NCBI GenBank assembly: GCA_038217285.1
Contig: JBBQPO010000077.1
Span: forward strand, 1 to 21,564
Length of the DNA: 21,564 bases
DNA from: Chthonomonadales bacterium
GTDB lineage: Bacteria > Armatimonadota > Chthonomonadetes > Chthonomonadales > Chthonomonadaceae
Reading direction: 5' to 3'
Shown here: positions 10,312-18,733 of the stretch, piece by piece
Numbering within the stretch: position 1 is the stretch's first letter
Layout: every line of letters starts with the position of its first letter
Program-made: the position numbers and the translations under genes
Notes under the pieces: generated by a model
What the model was told of the DNA's origin: nothing
Databases searched by the model: none
What the model saw: only the letters and a program-made list of their open reading frames with translations

Positions 10312-11652
10312 CTAACGTTGCGGCAACTGGGCCAGCAGGATCGCGTCCAGCGCGTCACGCAGGGCCGCTATCTTAATGCGGCTGATGACGTCACCGGCGA
10401 AAGCGTAGATCAGCAGATTGCGGGCTTCTACTTTCGGGATGCCGCGCGACCGAAGGTAGAACATCTGTTCCGGGTCGAGCTGCCCGATGGTCGCGCCGTG
10501 GGTACATTTCACATCGTCGGCGAAGATCTCCAACTGCGGCTTGGTGTTGATCTGCGCGTCGGCGGAGAGCAGGAGCGCCCGATTAGTCTGCTTGGCGTCG
10601 GTCTTCTGCGCATCCTCACGCACATAGATCTTGCCGTTGAAGACGCCGCGCGCCTGGTCGTCTATGATGTACTTGTAGAGCTCGTGGCTGTTGCAGTTCG
10701 GAAGCGCATGGTCGATGGACGTATGGTTGTCCACCAGCCGCTTACCGTCCACCAGCGAGAGGCCATTGAGCGTGCATTCGGCATACTCCGCGCCCAGCGT
10801 CGCGTTGGCGTCGTTGCGCACGAACAGGCCGCCGAGATTGATGGAGTGCGAAGAGAAGACGCTCTCGCGCCCCATCTGCACCTGCATCGTCGCGACATGG
10901 TAGCCGTTCCGGCTCTCGCGATTGAGTTTGTAGTGGTCCAGGTTCGCGCTCTGCGCCACCACGATCTCCGTCACGGCGTTCGTAAAGGTGACGCCGTCGC
11001 CGATCCCCGCATAACTCTCGACCACGGTCGCCTGACTGTTCTCTTCCGCTACGATGAGGGTGCGCGGATGCGCGACCGTCGGCTCGGCGGATGCCGTCGA
11101 GATGAACAGCAGATGAATCGGCTCGGTGACGACGACGCTCTTGGGGATATGGACAAACGCCCCATCGCTCAGAAACGCCGTATTCAGCGCCGGAAACGCC
11201 GTGTCGAACTTCGCGATACGCGCCAGATGCGGCTCGATGGCCGGGTGATGCGCCGCGAAGGCTTCGGCCAGACTGCTGACGGTCACGCCCTGCGGCAGCG
11301 TTCCGACCGAAGAGAGGTCGGGCACATAGCCGCCATCGACGAAGACCAGCCGCGTCGTCCCCATCTCCGCAAAGGCGAAGGGAGCGAGTTCTGCCGCCGT
11401 CACAACCTGTTGTCCCGGCTTTGCCGTCTGAAACGGAATATCCGCCAGCGGCGCGGGATTGGTGAACCGCCACTCTTCGTCGTGGCGGGTCGGAAGACCG
11501 ACCTCGCGGAAGCGGGAGATTGCGGCCTTGCGCAGCGGAGTCAGCCAGGAGGGCCCCGCCGCTACATGGCGCTCGAACTCCGCGAAGGCTTCCAGATAGC
11601 CCTTCTGCGGCTGCACGGACTGCGTCATCGTTGCTAAATTCTCCTTGCTCAC
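10312..11652 (-). CDS. sufD: Fe-S cluster assembly protein SufD
   Basis: GLPTRHDEEWRFT, VFNGKIYV...AQKTDAKQ and KPQLEIFADDVKCTHGATIG...FYLRSRGI motifs. Confidence 0.95.
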   Translation of the reverse strand: MSKENLATMTQSVQPQKGYLEAFAEFERHVAAGPSWLTPLRKAAISRFREVGLPTRHDEEWRFTNPAPLADIPFQTAKPGQQVVTAAELAPFAFAEMGTTRLVFVDGGYVPDLSSVGTLPQGVTVSSLAEAFAAHHPAIEPHLARIAKFDTAFPALNTAFLSDGAFVHIPKSVVVTEPIHLLFISTASAEPTVAHPRTLIVAEENSQATVVESYAGIGDGVTFTNAVTEIVVAQSANLDHYKLNRESRNGYHVATMQVQMGRESVFSSHSINLGGLFVRNDANATLGAEYAECTLNGLSLVDGKRLVDNHTSIDHALPNCNSHELYKYIIDDQARGVFNGKIYVREDAQKTDAKQTNRALLLSADAQINTKPQLEIFADDVKCTHGATIGQLDPEQMFYLRSRGIPKVEARNLLIYAFAGDVISRIKIAALRDALDAILLAQLPQR

Positions 11653-12428
11653 TATGCCGTGACCGGTTCCGGAGTCGCCGCGCCGGCTTCCAGCCAGCCG
11701 TAGCCCTTCGCTTCCAGCTCCAGCGCCAGCTCCTTGCCGCCGGACTGCACGATCCTGCCATGCGCCAGCACATGCACGAAATCGGGCACGATATAGTCCA
11801 GCAGCCGCTGATAGTGCGTGATGACTACGAAGCCGCGCTCCGGGCTGCGTAGCGCGTTCACGCCGTCCGCCACCACCCGCAGGGCGTCGATGTCCAGCCC
11901 CGAATCGGTCTCGTCCAGGATCGCCAGCTTCGGCTCGAGCACCGCCATCTGGAAGATCTCGTTGCGTTTCTTCTCGCCGCCGGAGAATCCGTGGTTGACC
12001 GGACGGTTCATCAGCTCGCGGTCGATATGCAGGATGTTCAGCTTCTCGCGCATCAGCTTCAGGAACTCGACACCGTCCAGCGGCTCCTGCTCGCGGTACT
12101 TCCGAACCGAGTTTAGAGCCGAGCGCAGGAAATACTGGTTGTTGACGCCCGGCAGCTCGACCGGGTACTGAAACGCCAGGAACAGCCCTTCCGCCGCCCG
12201 CTCTTCAGGCTCCAGTTCCAGCAGGTCTTTGCCCCCGAACCGGATCGCGCCCTCTGTTATCTGATACGCTTCGCGACCCGCCAGAACTCCGGCCAGCGTA
12301 CTCTTACCGGAGCCGTTCGGCCCCATGATCGCGTGAACCTCGCCCGGATTGATCGTTAGATTAATCCCGCGCAGGATCTCCTTGCCGCCCACCTCGGCGT
12401 GCAGGTTCTCTATCTCCAGTAGTGCCAT
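11652..12428 (-). CDS. sufC: Fe-S cluster assembly ATPase SufC
   Basis: Walker A GPNGSGKST, FLAFQYP, GFSGGEKKRNEI, Walker B ILDETDSGLDID and ITHYQRLL motifs. Confidence 0.97.
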   Translation of the reverse strand: MALLEIENLHAEVGGKEILRGINLTINPGEVHAIMGPNGSGKSTLAGVLAGREAYQITEGAIRFGGKDLLELEPEERAAEGLFLAFQYPVELPGVNNQYFLRSALNSVRKYREQEPLDGVEFLKLMREKLNILHIDRELMNRPVNHGFSGGEKKRNEIFQMAVLEPKLAILDETDSGLDIDALRVVADGVNALRSPERGFVVITHYQRLLDYIVPDFVHVLAHGRIVQSGGKELALELEAKGYGWLEAGAATPEPVTA

Positions 12429-12472
12429 CAGTAATCTTTATCCTCTTCAATTCGAAATTCGAAATTTTGGCC

Positions 12473-13915
12473 TTAGCCGACGCTGCCTTCGAGGCTGACG
12501 CCGAGCAGTTTCTGCGCTTCCACAGCGAACTCCATCGGCAGTTCGCGGAACACCTCTTTGCAGAAGCCGTTGACGATCATGTTCACGGCGTCCTCGGCGG
12601 AGATGCCGCGTTGCTTGCAGTAGAAGATCTGGTCTTCGCCGATCTTCGAGGTCGAGGCTTCGTGCTCGACCTGCGCGGTCGGGTTGCGCACGTCGATATA
12701 GGGGAAGGTGTGCGCCCCACAGCGGTCGCCCAGCAGCATCGAGTCGCACTGGGAGTAGTTGCGTGCGCCGTCGGCGCCGGGGTTGATGCGTACCAGCCCG
12801 CGATAGGTGTTCTGGCCGTGCCCCGCCGAGATGCCCTTGGAGACGATGGTGCTGCGGGTGTTCTTGCCGATATGGATCATCTTCGTGCCGGTGTCGGCCT
12901 GCTGGCGGTGGTTGGTCAGCGCGACCGAGTAGAACTCGCCGACCGCGTTGTCGCCCTGCAGGATGCAGGAGGGATATTTCCAGGTGATCGCCGATCCGGT
13001 CTCGACCTGCGTCCAGGTGATCTTGGCGCTCTCCATCGCTTTGCCACGCTTGGTGACGAAGTTGTAGATGCCGCCCTTGCCGTCCTTGTCGCCGGGGTAC
13101 CAGTTCTGCACCGTGGAGTACTTGATCGTCGCGTCTTTGAGCGCAACCAACTCGACCACGGCGGCGTGAAGCTGGTTTTCGTCCCGCATGGGGGCCGTGC
13201 AGCCTTCGAGATAGGAGACATAGCCGCCCTCATCCGCAATGAGGAGGGTGCGCTCGAACTGCCCCGTATTGGCCGCGTTGATGCGGAAATAGGTGGACAG
13301 TTCCATGGGGCAGCGAACGCCCTTCGGAATGTAGCAGAAGGAGCCGTCGCTGAAGACCGCCGAATTGAGCGCCGCGAAATAGTTGTCGGAGTACGGCACG
13401 ACGGAGCCGAGGTACTGGCGCACCAGCTCCGGATGCTCCTTCACCGCCTCGGAGAACGAGCCGAAAATGATGCCGAGTTCGAGCAGCTTGCCCTTGAACG
13501 TCGTGGTGACGGAGACGCTGTCGAAGACCGCATCGACCGCCACACCGGACAGGCGCTTCTGTTCGAGCAGGGAGATGCCTAGCTTGTCGAAGGTCGCCAG
13601 CAGCTCCGGATCGACCTCGTCGAGACTGTTCAGCACCTTTTTGGGCTTGGGCGCGGAGTAGTAGTAGAGGTTCTGATAGTCGATCTTCGGATAGTGAACG
13701 TTGGGCCACTCCGGCTCCGACAGGGTCAGCCAGTGCCGGTAGGCTTTCAGCCGCCACTCCAGCAGCCACTCCGGCTCATTCTTCTTGGAGGAGATCAGGC
13801 GGACAATATCTTCGCTCAGCCCCATCGGAATGGTCTCCGACTCGATGTCGGTCACGAACCCATATTTGTAGTCCTGACGCGCAATCTCTTCGAGCGTATT
13901 TGTAGCGGTCGTCAT
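12473..13915 (-). CDS. sufB: Fe-S cluster assembly protein SufB
   Basis: [52 protein letters not shown] and C-terminal LEGSVG motifs; no intein. Confidence 0.97.
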   Translation of the reverse strand: MTTATNTLEEIARQDYKYGFVTDIESETIPMGLSEDIVRLISSKKNEPEWLLEWRLKAYRHWLTLSEPEWPNVHYPKIDYQNLYYYSAPKPKKVLNSLDEVDPELLATFDKLGISLLEQKRLSGVAVDAVFDSVSVTTTFKGKLLELGIIFGSFSEAVKEHPELVRQYLGSVVPYSDNYFAALNSAVFSDGSFCYIPKGVRCPMELSTYFRINAANTGQFERTLLIADEGGYVSYLEGCTAPMRDENQLHAAVVELVALKDATIKYSTVQNWYPGDKDGKGGIYNFVTKRGKAMESAKITWTQVETGSAITWKYPSCILQGDNAVGEFYSVALTNHRQQADTGTKMIHIGKNTRSTIVSKGISAGHGQNTYRGLVRINPGADGARNYSQCDSMLLGDRCGAHTFPYIDVRNPTAQVEHEASTSKIGEDQIFYCKQRGISAEDAVNMIVNGFCKEVFRELPMEFAVEAQKLLGVSLEGSVG

Positions 13916-13930
13916 GGTATATTTCCCTCG

Positions 13931-14416
13931 TTAGGACGATGCGGTTGTTTTCGTGTGTTCGGTCAAACGGGACGGCTGCCGCCGAAACCCGATGTCGGTC
14001 TGCGGCGTCTCGTCCTGGCTGATCTCCGCGATGGAGATCAGCTCGAGCATCTGAAGTATTCGGGCGTTGATCCGGGCCAGCGGCAGGCGGACCGTGCAGC
14101 GGTCGTGCTGCCCACAGGCGTTGGCAGCGGTCTTCATGCAGTGGGTGATCGCGGGCGCGCCGTCTATCGCTGCTACGACCGAGCCGATACTGATGGTTTC
14201 CGGTGTGCGCGCCAGCCGATAGCCGCCGGTCGGGCCGGGGGTCGAGACGACCAGTTGCGCTTTCGCGAGACGCTGTAATATTTTGGCGAGCAGCTCCCCC
14301 GGTATGGAGTACTGTTCGGCGATCTCTTTCGTATTGACCGCGCGTCCCGCTTTGGAGTGCGCCAGATACGACAGGGCCAGCAGGGCATAGTCCGCTTTTT
14401 TGCTCAGGCTCAACAT
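13931..14416 (-). CDS. Rrf2-family (IscR/SufR-like) transcriptional regulator of the suf operon
   Basis: LSKKADYAL, wHTH LAKILQRL...G..GGYRLAR and three Cys (C-x7-C-x5-C). Start at ATG 14416 with GGAGAGGAG RBS (the ORF track extends to 14518). Confidence 0.93.
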   Translation of the reverse strand: MLSLSKKADYALLALSYLAHSKAGRAVNTKEIAEQYSIPGELLAKILQRLAKAQLVVSTPGPTGGYRLARTPETISIGSVVAAIDGAPAITHCMKTAANACGQHDRCTVRLPLARINARILQMLELISIAEISQDETPQTDIGFRRQPSRLTEHTKTTASS

Positions 14417-14432
14417 CGTCCCGGCTCCTCTC

Positions 14433-14464
14433 CGACCAAATCGGTCGCCGACTAGTTTAGTCGG
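14433..14464. promoter_or_regulatory. Tandem IscR/Rrf2-type operator palindromes
   Basis: CGACC-AAATC-GGTCG (14433-14447) and CCGACTA-GTT-TAGTCGG (14448-14464). The minus strand reads ATATCCGACTAAACTAGTCGG, resembling the IscR type-1 consensus. Confidence 0.75.
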
Positions 14465-14468
14465 ATAT

Positions 14469-14497
14469 AGTCTACCCTGCCGCGACGTATAAGTCAA
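14469..14497 (-). promoter_or_regulatory. Sigma70-type promoter of the rrf2-suf operon
   Basis: Minus-strand TTGACT (14497-14492), 17-nt spacer, TAGACT (14474-14469). The predicted start near 14462 falls inside the operator. Confidence 0.7.
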
Positions 14498-14585
14498 GAG
14501 GAAGCTCTGCCTCGACACCGCCTCTACCGTCTGAATTCCGGTTTTCGACGTTCTGCCGTAGTAGACAGAACGTTACCGTTTGTAG

Positions 14586-14615
14586 TAGACAGAAAGGCAC
14601 GTTTTGTGGTATAAT
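14586..14615 (+). promoter_or_regulatory. Sigma70-type promoter (extended -10) for the topoisomerase gene
   Basis: TAGACA (14586-14591), 18-nt spacer, TATAAT (14610-14615) preceded by TG at 14607-14608. Confidence 0.6.
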
Positions 14616-14792
14616 AACCATACTATTACACGCTCGTCGAAAGACGTTGACACTTGTTGCGGGCATGCCTGATGCTCGCCCTCTGCCCTTGCCCGTTCGC
14701 TCGATCCGCAGGTTGCACCACTCCCCTGAACCCGAGCGCCGTGAGCCGCAGAACGCACCAAAACAGGCCGCATAATGGAGGAGATCGACTCT

Positions 14793-16997
14793 ATGGCTAG
14801 TAAAGCCCCCATGGCTGGTAAAGCCCCTACGCGTATAAATCTGGAAGGGTCCGGTTCGAACGGTCATGCACCGGGCGAAGAGACGACGAAGCGCACCGCC
14901 GCAGAACGGGCCGTGGAAGATGTCCAGATGGAGAACATCGGCTCTGTCGGCCATGTCTCGGCGGCGTACGGTGCCAGCCAGATTCAGGTTTTGGAAGGCC
15001 TGGAGGCCGTGCGTCTGCGCCCCGGTATGTACATCGGCGGCACGGACGGCAAGGCCCTGCAACATCTCTTCACCGAAGTCAGCGACAACTCGGTAGATGA
15101 GGCGATGGCGGGCCATTGCGACCAGATCGATGTCGTTCTCTATGCCGACGGCAGCGTCTCTGTGAAGGACAACGGGCGCGGTTTCCCGGTCGATATCAAC
15201 ACCCAGTACGGCATTCCCGGCGTTGAGTTGGCGCTGACCAAACTCCACGCGGGCGGTAAGTTCGACAGCGGCGCCTACAAGGTCTCCGGCGGACTGCACG
15301 GCGTCGGCGTCTCATGTGTGAACGCGACCGCCGACTGGATGGAGATCACGATCTGGCGGGACAGCAAAGTCCATCGTATTCGCTTCGAGCGCGGCGTCAC
15401 CGTCGAACAACTGAAGGTGATCGGCAAGGCCAAGCCGGGCGAACACGGCTCGCTGGTAAAGTGGCATGCCGACCCCGAGATCTTCGCCGACCATCAGTAC
15501 GACGGCGAGAAGATCGAGCGCCGACTGCGCGAGCTCGCCTACCTGAACAAGAACCTGACCCTCACCTTCACCAACGAAAGGGATCTGGCTCTGCCGGAGA
15601 TTTCCGAGGGCGTCGAGCAGGAGGACGTCAAGCCGCTGCCTGTGCATCGGGTGTTTCACTTCACCAAGGGCATTCTGGAGTATGTCGAGCACCTCAACGA
15701 AACCAAGGACCCGCTGCACAAGCCGATCTACTTCGGCGGCGCGCGTGACACGACCATCGCCGAGGTCGCGTTCCAGTACAACTCCAGCTATCAGGACACG
15801 ATCCTCTCGTTCGCCAACAACATCAATACCCCCGACGGCGGCACCCATGTCTCCGGCCTGAAGACGGCGCTGACACGCGTCCTCAACAACTACGCCCGCC
15901 GCATCGGGATTTTGAAGGAGAAGGACTCGAACTTCTCCGGCGACGACGTGCGCGAGGGCCTGACCGCTATCGTCTCCGTCAAGCTGACCCACCCGCTTTT
16001 CAACGGCCAGGAGAAGCACCGCCTCATCAACAACGAGATCGAGGGGATCATCGCCGCGATCGTTGGGGAGAAACTGGCGGAGTATCTGGAAGAGAACCCT
16101 GCGGTCGCCAAGCGCATCATCGACAAGTCGCTGACCAGTCAGCGGGCCCGTGATGCCGCGCGCCGTGCCTCAGAGCTGGTGAAGCGACAAAACGCCCTGG
16201 ACTCGAACTCGCTGCCCGGCAAGCTCGCCGACTGCACCGACAAAGATCCCCGGAAGTGCGAGCTGTTCCTCGTGGAAGGCGATTCGGCCGGTGGGCCCGC
16301 CAAACAGGGCCGTGACCGCCGTACCCAGGCCATCCTGCCACTGCGCGGCAAGATCTTGAATGCGGGCAAGACCCGCGTCGACAAGGTGCTGGAGAACGAA
16401 GAGATCCGCGCCATGATCACCGCCCTCGGCACCGGCATCGCCTACGGCACCAATGAGGATGAGGAAGATCCCAACAGCGAGCTGCTGGAGACCAAAGCAG
16501 ACAAGAGCCGTGGCCCCAGCTACGATCTGAGCAAGCTGCGTTACCACAAGCTTATCATCATGACCGACGCCGATGTGGACGGCGACCATATCCGGACGCT
16601 GCTGCTCACGTTCCTCTGGTACTACATGCGCCCGCTGCTCGAAAACGGGCATGTCTACATCGCGCAGCCGCCGCTTTTCCGCATCAAGGTCGGCAAGAAC
16701 GATCAGTACTACGCCAAGAACGAGGCCGAGCGCGACGTGATCCTGAAGAGCGTGCGCAACAAGCGCGATGTCGTGGTCAACCGGTTCAAAGGACTGGGCG
16801 AGATGGATGCCATCGATCTGGCGGATACCACCATGGATGTCGAGAAACGTCAACTAGCGCAGGTGCAGATCGACCCGGAGAATCTGCCCGCCGCGCTGGA
16901 GATGTTCGATATCTTTATGAGCGAAAAGGTCGAACCGCGCCGTGATTTCATCGTGGCCCACGCCAAAGAAGTCACCGATGTGGACTGGCACGGGTAG
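14793..16997 (+). CDS. Type IIA DNA topoisomerase B subunit (GyrB/ParE)
   Basis: IQVLEGLEAVR.RPGMYIG, DNSVDE, DNGRG, LHAGGKF, SGGLHGVGVS, PGKLADC, EGDSAGG, PLRGKILN, IMTDADVDG and RFKGLGEM motifs. GGAGGAG RBS before ATG 14793. GyrB versus ParE is not resolved. Confidence 0.95.
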   Translation: MASKAPMAGKAPTRINLEGSGSNGHAPGEETTKRTAAERAVEDVQMENIGSVGHVSAAYGASQIQVLEGLEAVRLRPGMYIGGTDGKALQHLFTEVSDNSVDEAMAGHCDQIDVVLYADGSVSVKDNGRGFPVDINTQYGIPGVELALTKLHAGGKFDSGAYKVSGGLHGVGVSCVNATADWMEITIWRDSKVHRIRFERGVTVEQLKVIGKAKPGEHGSLVKWHADPEIFADHQYDGEKIERRLRELAYLNKNLTLTFTNERDLALPEISEGVEQEDVKPLPVHRVFHFTKGILEYVEHLNETKDPLHKPIYFGGARDTTIAEVAFQYNSSYQDTILSFANNINTPDGGTHVSGLKTALTRVLNNYARRIGILKEKDSNFSGDDVREGLTAIVSVKLTHPLFNGQEKHRLINNEIEGIIAAIVGEKLAEYLEENPAVAKRIIDKSLTSQRARDAARRASELVKRQNALDSNSLPGKLADCTDKDPRKCELFLVEGDSAGGPAKQGRDRRTQAILPLRGKILNAGKTRVDKVLENEEIRAMITALGTGIAYGTNEDEEDPNSELLETKADKSRGPSYDLSKLRYHKLIIMTDADVDGDHIRTLLLTFLWYYMRPLLENGHVYIAQPPLFRIKVGKNDQYYAKNEAERDVILKSVRNKRDVVVNRFKGLGEMDAIDLADTTMDVEKRQLAQVQIDPENLPAALEMFDIFMSEKVEPRRDFIVAHAKEVTDVDWHG

Positions 16998-17026
16998 ATC
17001 CCCAGAGGCCCTCAAGGCAGATCGTT

Positions 17027-17055
17027 GGGGCGGCATTCACGTGGAATGCCGCCCC
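17027..17055. terminator. Perfect 12-bp GC-rich hairpin downstream of the topoisomerase gene (terminator or REP-like)
   Basis: GGGGCGGCATTC-ACGTG-GAATGCCGCCCC, 30 nt after the stop; poor U-tract. Confidence 0.55.
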
Positions 17056-17100
17056 TTCGCATGCGAACGAGACAACGGAACGAGAACCTGAGCAGGCGAG

Positions 17101-17294
17101 AGATCAGCGAACAATTCCTGGCTAGGAGGCGGTTTGTAGAGGAGTGTGCCAGCGAAATTCGCCGGCACACTCTGTTTCAAGCCGGTTTCCCATGCGGGAA
17201 GCCTGCAAAACATAAGAGAGGAAATCGAGCAAACGACCAGGAATTAACGCCTTCTGACAGCGCCTTGTCTAAATGCTCTTGCTGATCTGTCAGA
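17101..17294. other. Nested inverted-repeat element (candidate structured ncRNA or MITE-like element)
   Basis: Nested stems at 17101-17110/17279-17288, 17113-17121/17237-17245 and 17133-17138/17204-17209, enclosing hairpins at 17142-17172 and 17184-17203. Confidence 0.4.
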
Positions 17295-17373
17295 GACGCA
17301 GGCTCCTTCATCGCTGGAGTTCCCGAAAGAGTTCGGCGTGAAAACCACAGTCCCCCCGAGCGGCTTCCTACCT

Positions 17374-18582
17374 TTAACCCGAGCGCCCTGCCCTTTCGAG
17401 ACGCGCCAGTGTGGCGTCCATGACCTCGTGCGTCTGCGCCTGAACCGTGTAGAACATCGCTTCACGCAGCAACCGCTGCGCGGGATGCGAGAGCAGGTTG
17501 GCCGCTCCACTGCTGGCCGTAACCGCCGCATGGGCCGCGCGGAGCGCCAGTTCGATGCACCAGGCGCGCACACGCACGGCGTTGGCGAAAAACTCCGACT
17601 CCGCGCCCCGACCGTTCCATTCGTCCACCTGTCTCTCCACCTCTGCCCACTCCCCCGCAAACGTCTGGGCCGCGCGATGGATCGCCGCGATAGGCCGATT
17701 TTCCGCCGTCGTTTCGAGCAGGCGAATAGCGGCGGCGGCGCATCCCAGCGGCATGGCGGTCGCGCCCAGCACCCCGTTGCGGTCGTTGCGCTGCATCGTC
17801 TCCCGGTCGGACTCCGAGAGGCGGTGGGCGGCGGGGATAAACCAGTCGTTCAGCGTCAGTTCTGCGGTGGCGGAGGCGTTCATGGCGCAGAGGGCGAGCG
17901 GCGGGGAGGCGGTGAGCGCACCCCAATTCCCTTCCGGCGGCGTGATGTACTCGAAAAGATCCGGGAACTCGTCGCGGCGCGTGGGGGACCAGACGTAGAG
18001 GAAGCGCCCATCCGGCAACGTTGCTCCAAAGACCAACTGCGAAATGAGCCCCCACCCGGTCACCCAGGGCGCAGTGCCCTGCAGTCGCCAGCCACCCTCG
18101 ACCGGTTCCGCGCGCAGGACAGGCGGTCCCGGACGGCGGAGGTGCGCGAACGAGATGCCGCTCAGCTGTGTGCCGCTCGCCAGATCCGGCAGAAGGCGGC
18201 GCTTCAGTTCCGCATTCGGGCCGTTGGCGATCATCCGCGACGGCCCGTGATGCTGCGCCTGCGTAAATGTCGTGACCCCGCAATAGGAAGCAAGCAACTG
18301 CGTGAACTTGCGCTGCGTCGCTCCACTCGCATCCAGTCCGCCGTACTCCCGCGGGATCGCCAGACCCAGCAGTCCGTTCTGCGCCAGGGCGCGAAAGTTG
18401 GCGCGGTTCGGCTCCGCTCCCCGATCCGTCGCCTCGGCGTTTGGACCCAGCGCCGTTTCACAGACACGCTGCGCCGCCGCCAGAATCGCTTCCTCATCGA
18501 TATTGTGGTCTGCACTGTCCTGCGGCAGGCCCGCCCCGATCACATCCGCGCTGTCTTCGTCTCTGCTATTCGCCTCCGCCAC
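17374..18582 (-). CDS. Acyl-CoA dehydrogenase-like flavoprotein
   Basis: GLLGLAIPREYGG, RRLLPDLASG, GWRLQGTAPWVTGWG and AQRLLREA motifs. GTG 18582 follows an AAGGAG RBS; 18603 is an alternative start. Confidence 0.85.
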   Translation of the reverse strand: MAEANSRDEDSADVIGAGLPQDSADHNIDEEAILAAAQRVCETALGPNAEATDRGAEPNRANFRALAQNGLLGLAIPREYGGLDASGATQRKFTQLLASYCGVTTFTQAQHHGPSRMIANGPNAELKRRLLPDLASGTQLSGISFAHLRRPGPPVLRAEPVEGGWRLQGTAPWVTGWGLISQLVFGATLPDGRFLYVWSPTRRDEFPDLFEYITPPEGNWGALTASPPLALCAMNASATAELTLNDWFIPAAHRLSESDRETMQRNDRNGVLGATAMPLGCAAAAIRLLETTAENRPIAAIHRAAQTFAGEWAEVERQVDEWNGRGAESEFFANAVRVRAWCIELALRAAHAAVTASSGAANLLSHPAQRLLREAMFYTVQAQTHEVMDATLARLERAGRSG

Positions 18583-18733
18583 GACTTGGCCACTCCTTCC
18601 CACAACAACGTTTCACTAATCTACGTTAGTGTACCCGGACTTATCCGCACACAAAAATTGAGGTGACGCAGGAATTGGGTCGGTATACGGGCAATCTGCC
18701 GGCAAACCAACGACTGTGACAAGGGGAACCCAC

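Noticed and set aside
12449-12468. AATTCGA heptamer repeated about 2.5 times between sufB and sufC
   Set aside because: Too short to support a function; not CRISPR-like.
12473-16997. Inteins in SufB or GyrB (known insertion hosts)
   Set aside because: Both proteins are of near-normal length with contiguous motifs and no splicing signatures.
17025-17285. 86-aa ORF across the structured intergenic region
   Set aside because: TTG start at a hairpin, no RBS, atypical composition.
14729-17387. 12-bp match AACCCGAGCGCC at 14729 and 17376 flanking the topoisomerase gene (possible att or target duplication)
   Set aside because: Several 12-bp matches are expected by chance in 21 kb, one copy lies in coding sequence, and no integrase is present.
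17338-18666. 442-aa plus-strand ORF
   Set aside because: Antisense to the ACAD-fold gene, which carries the family motifs.
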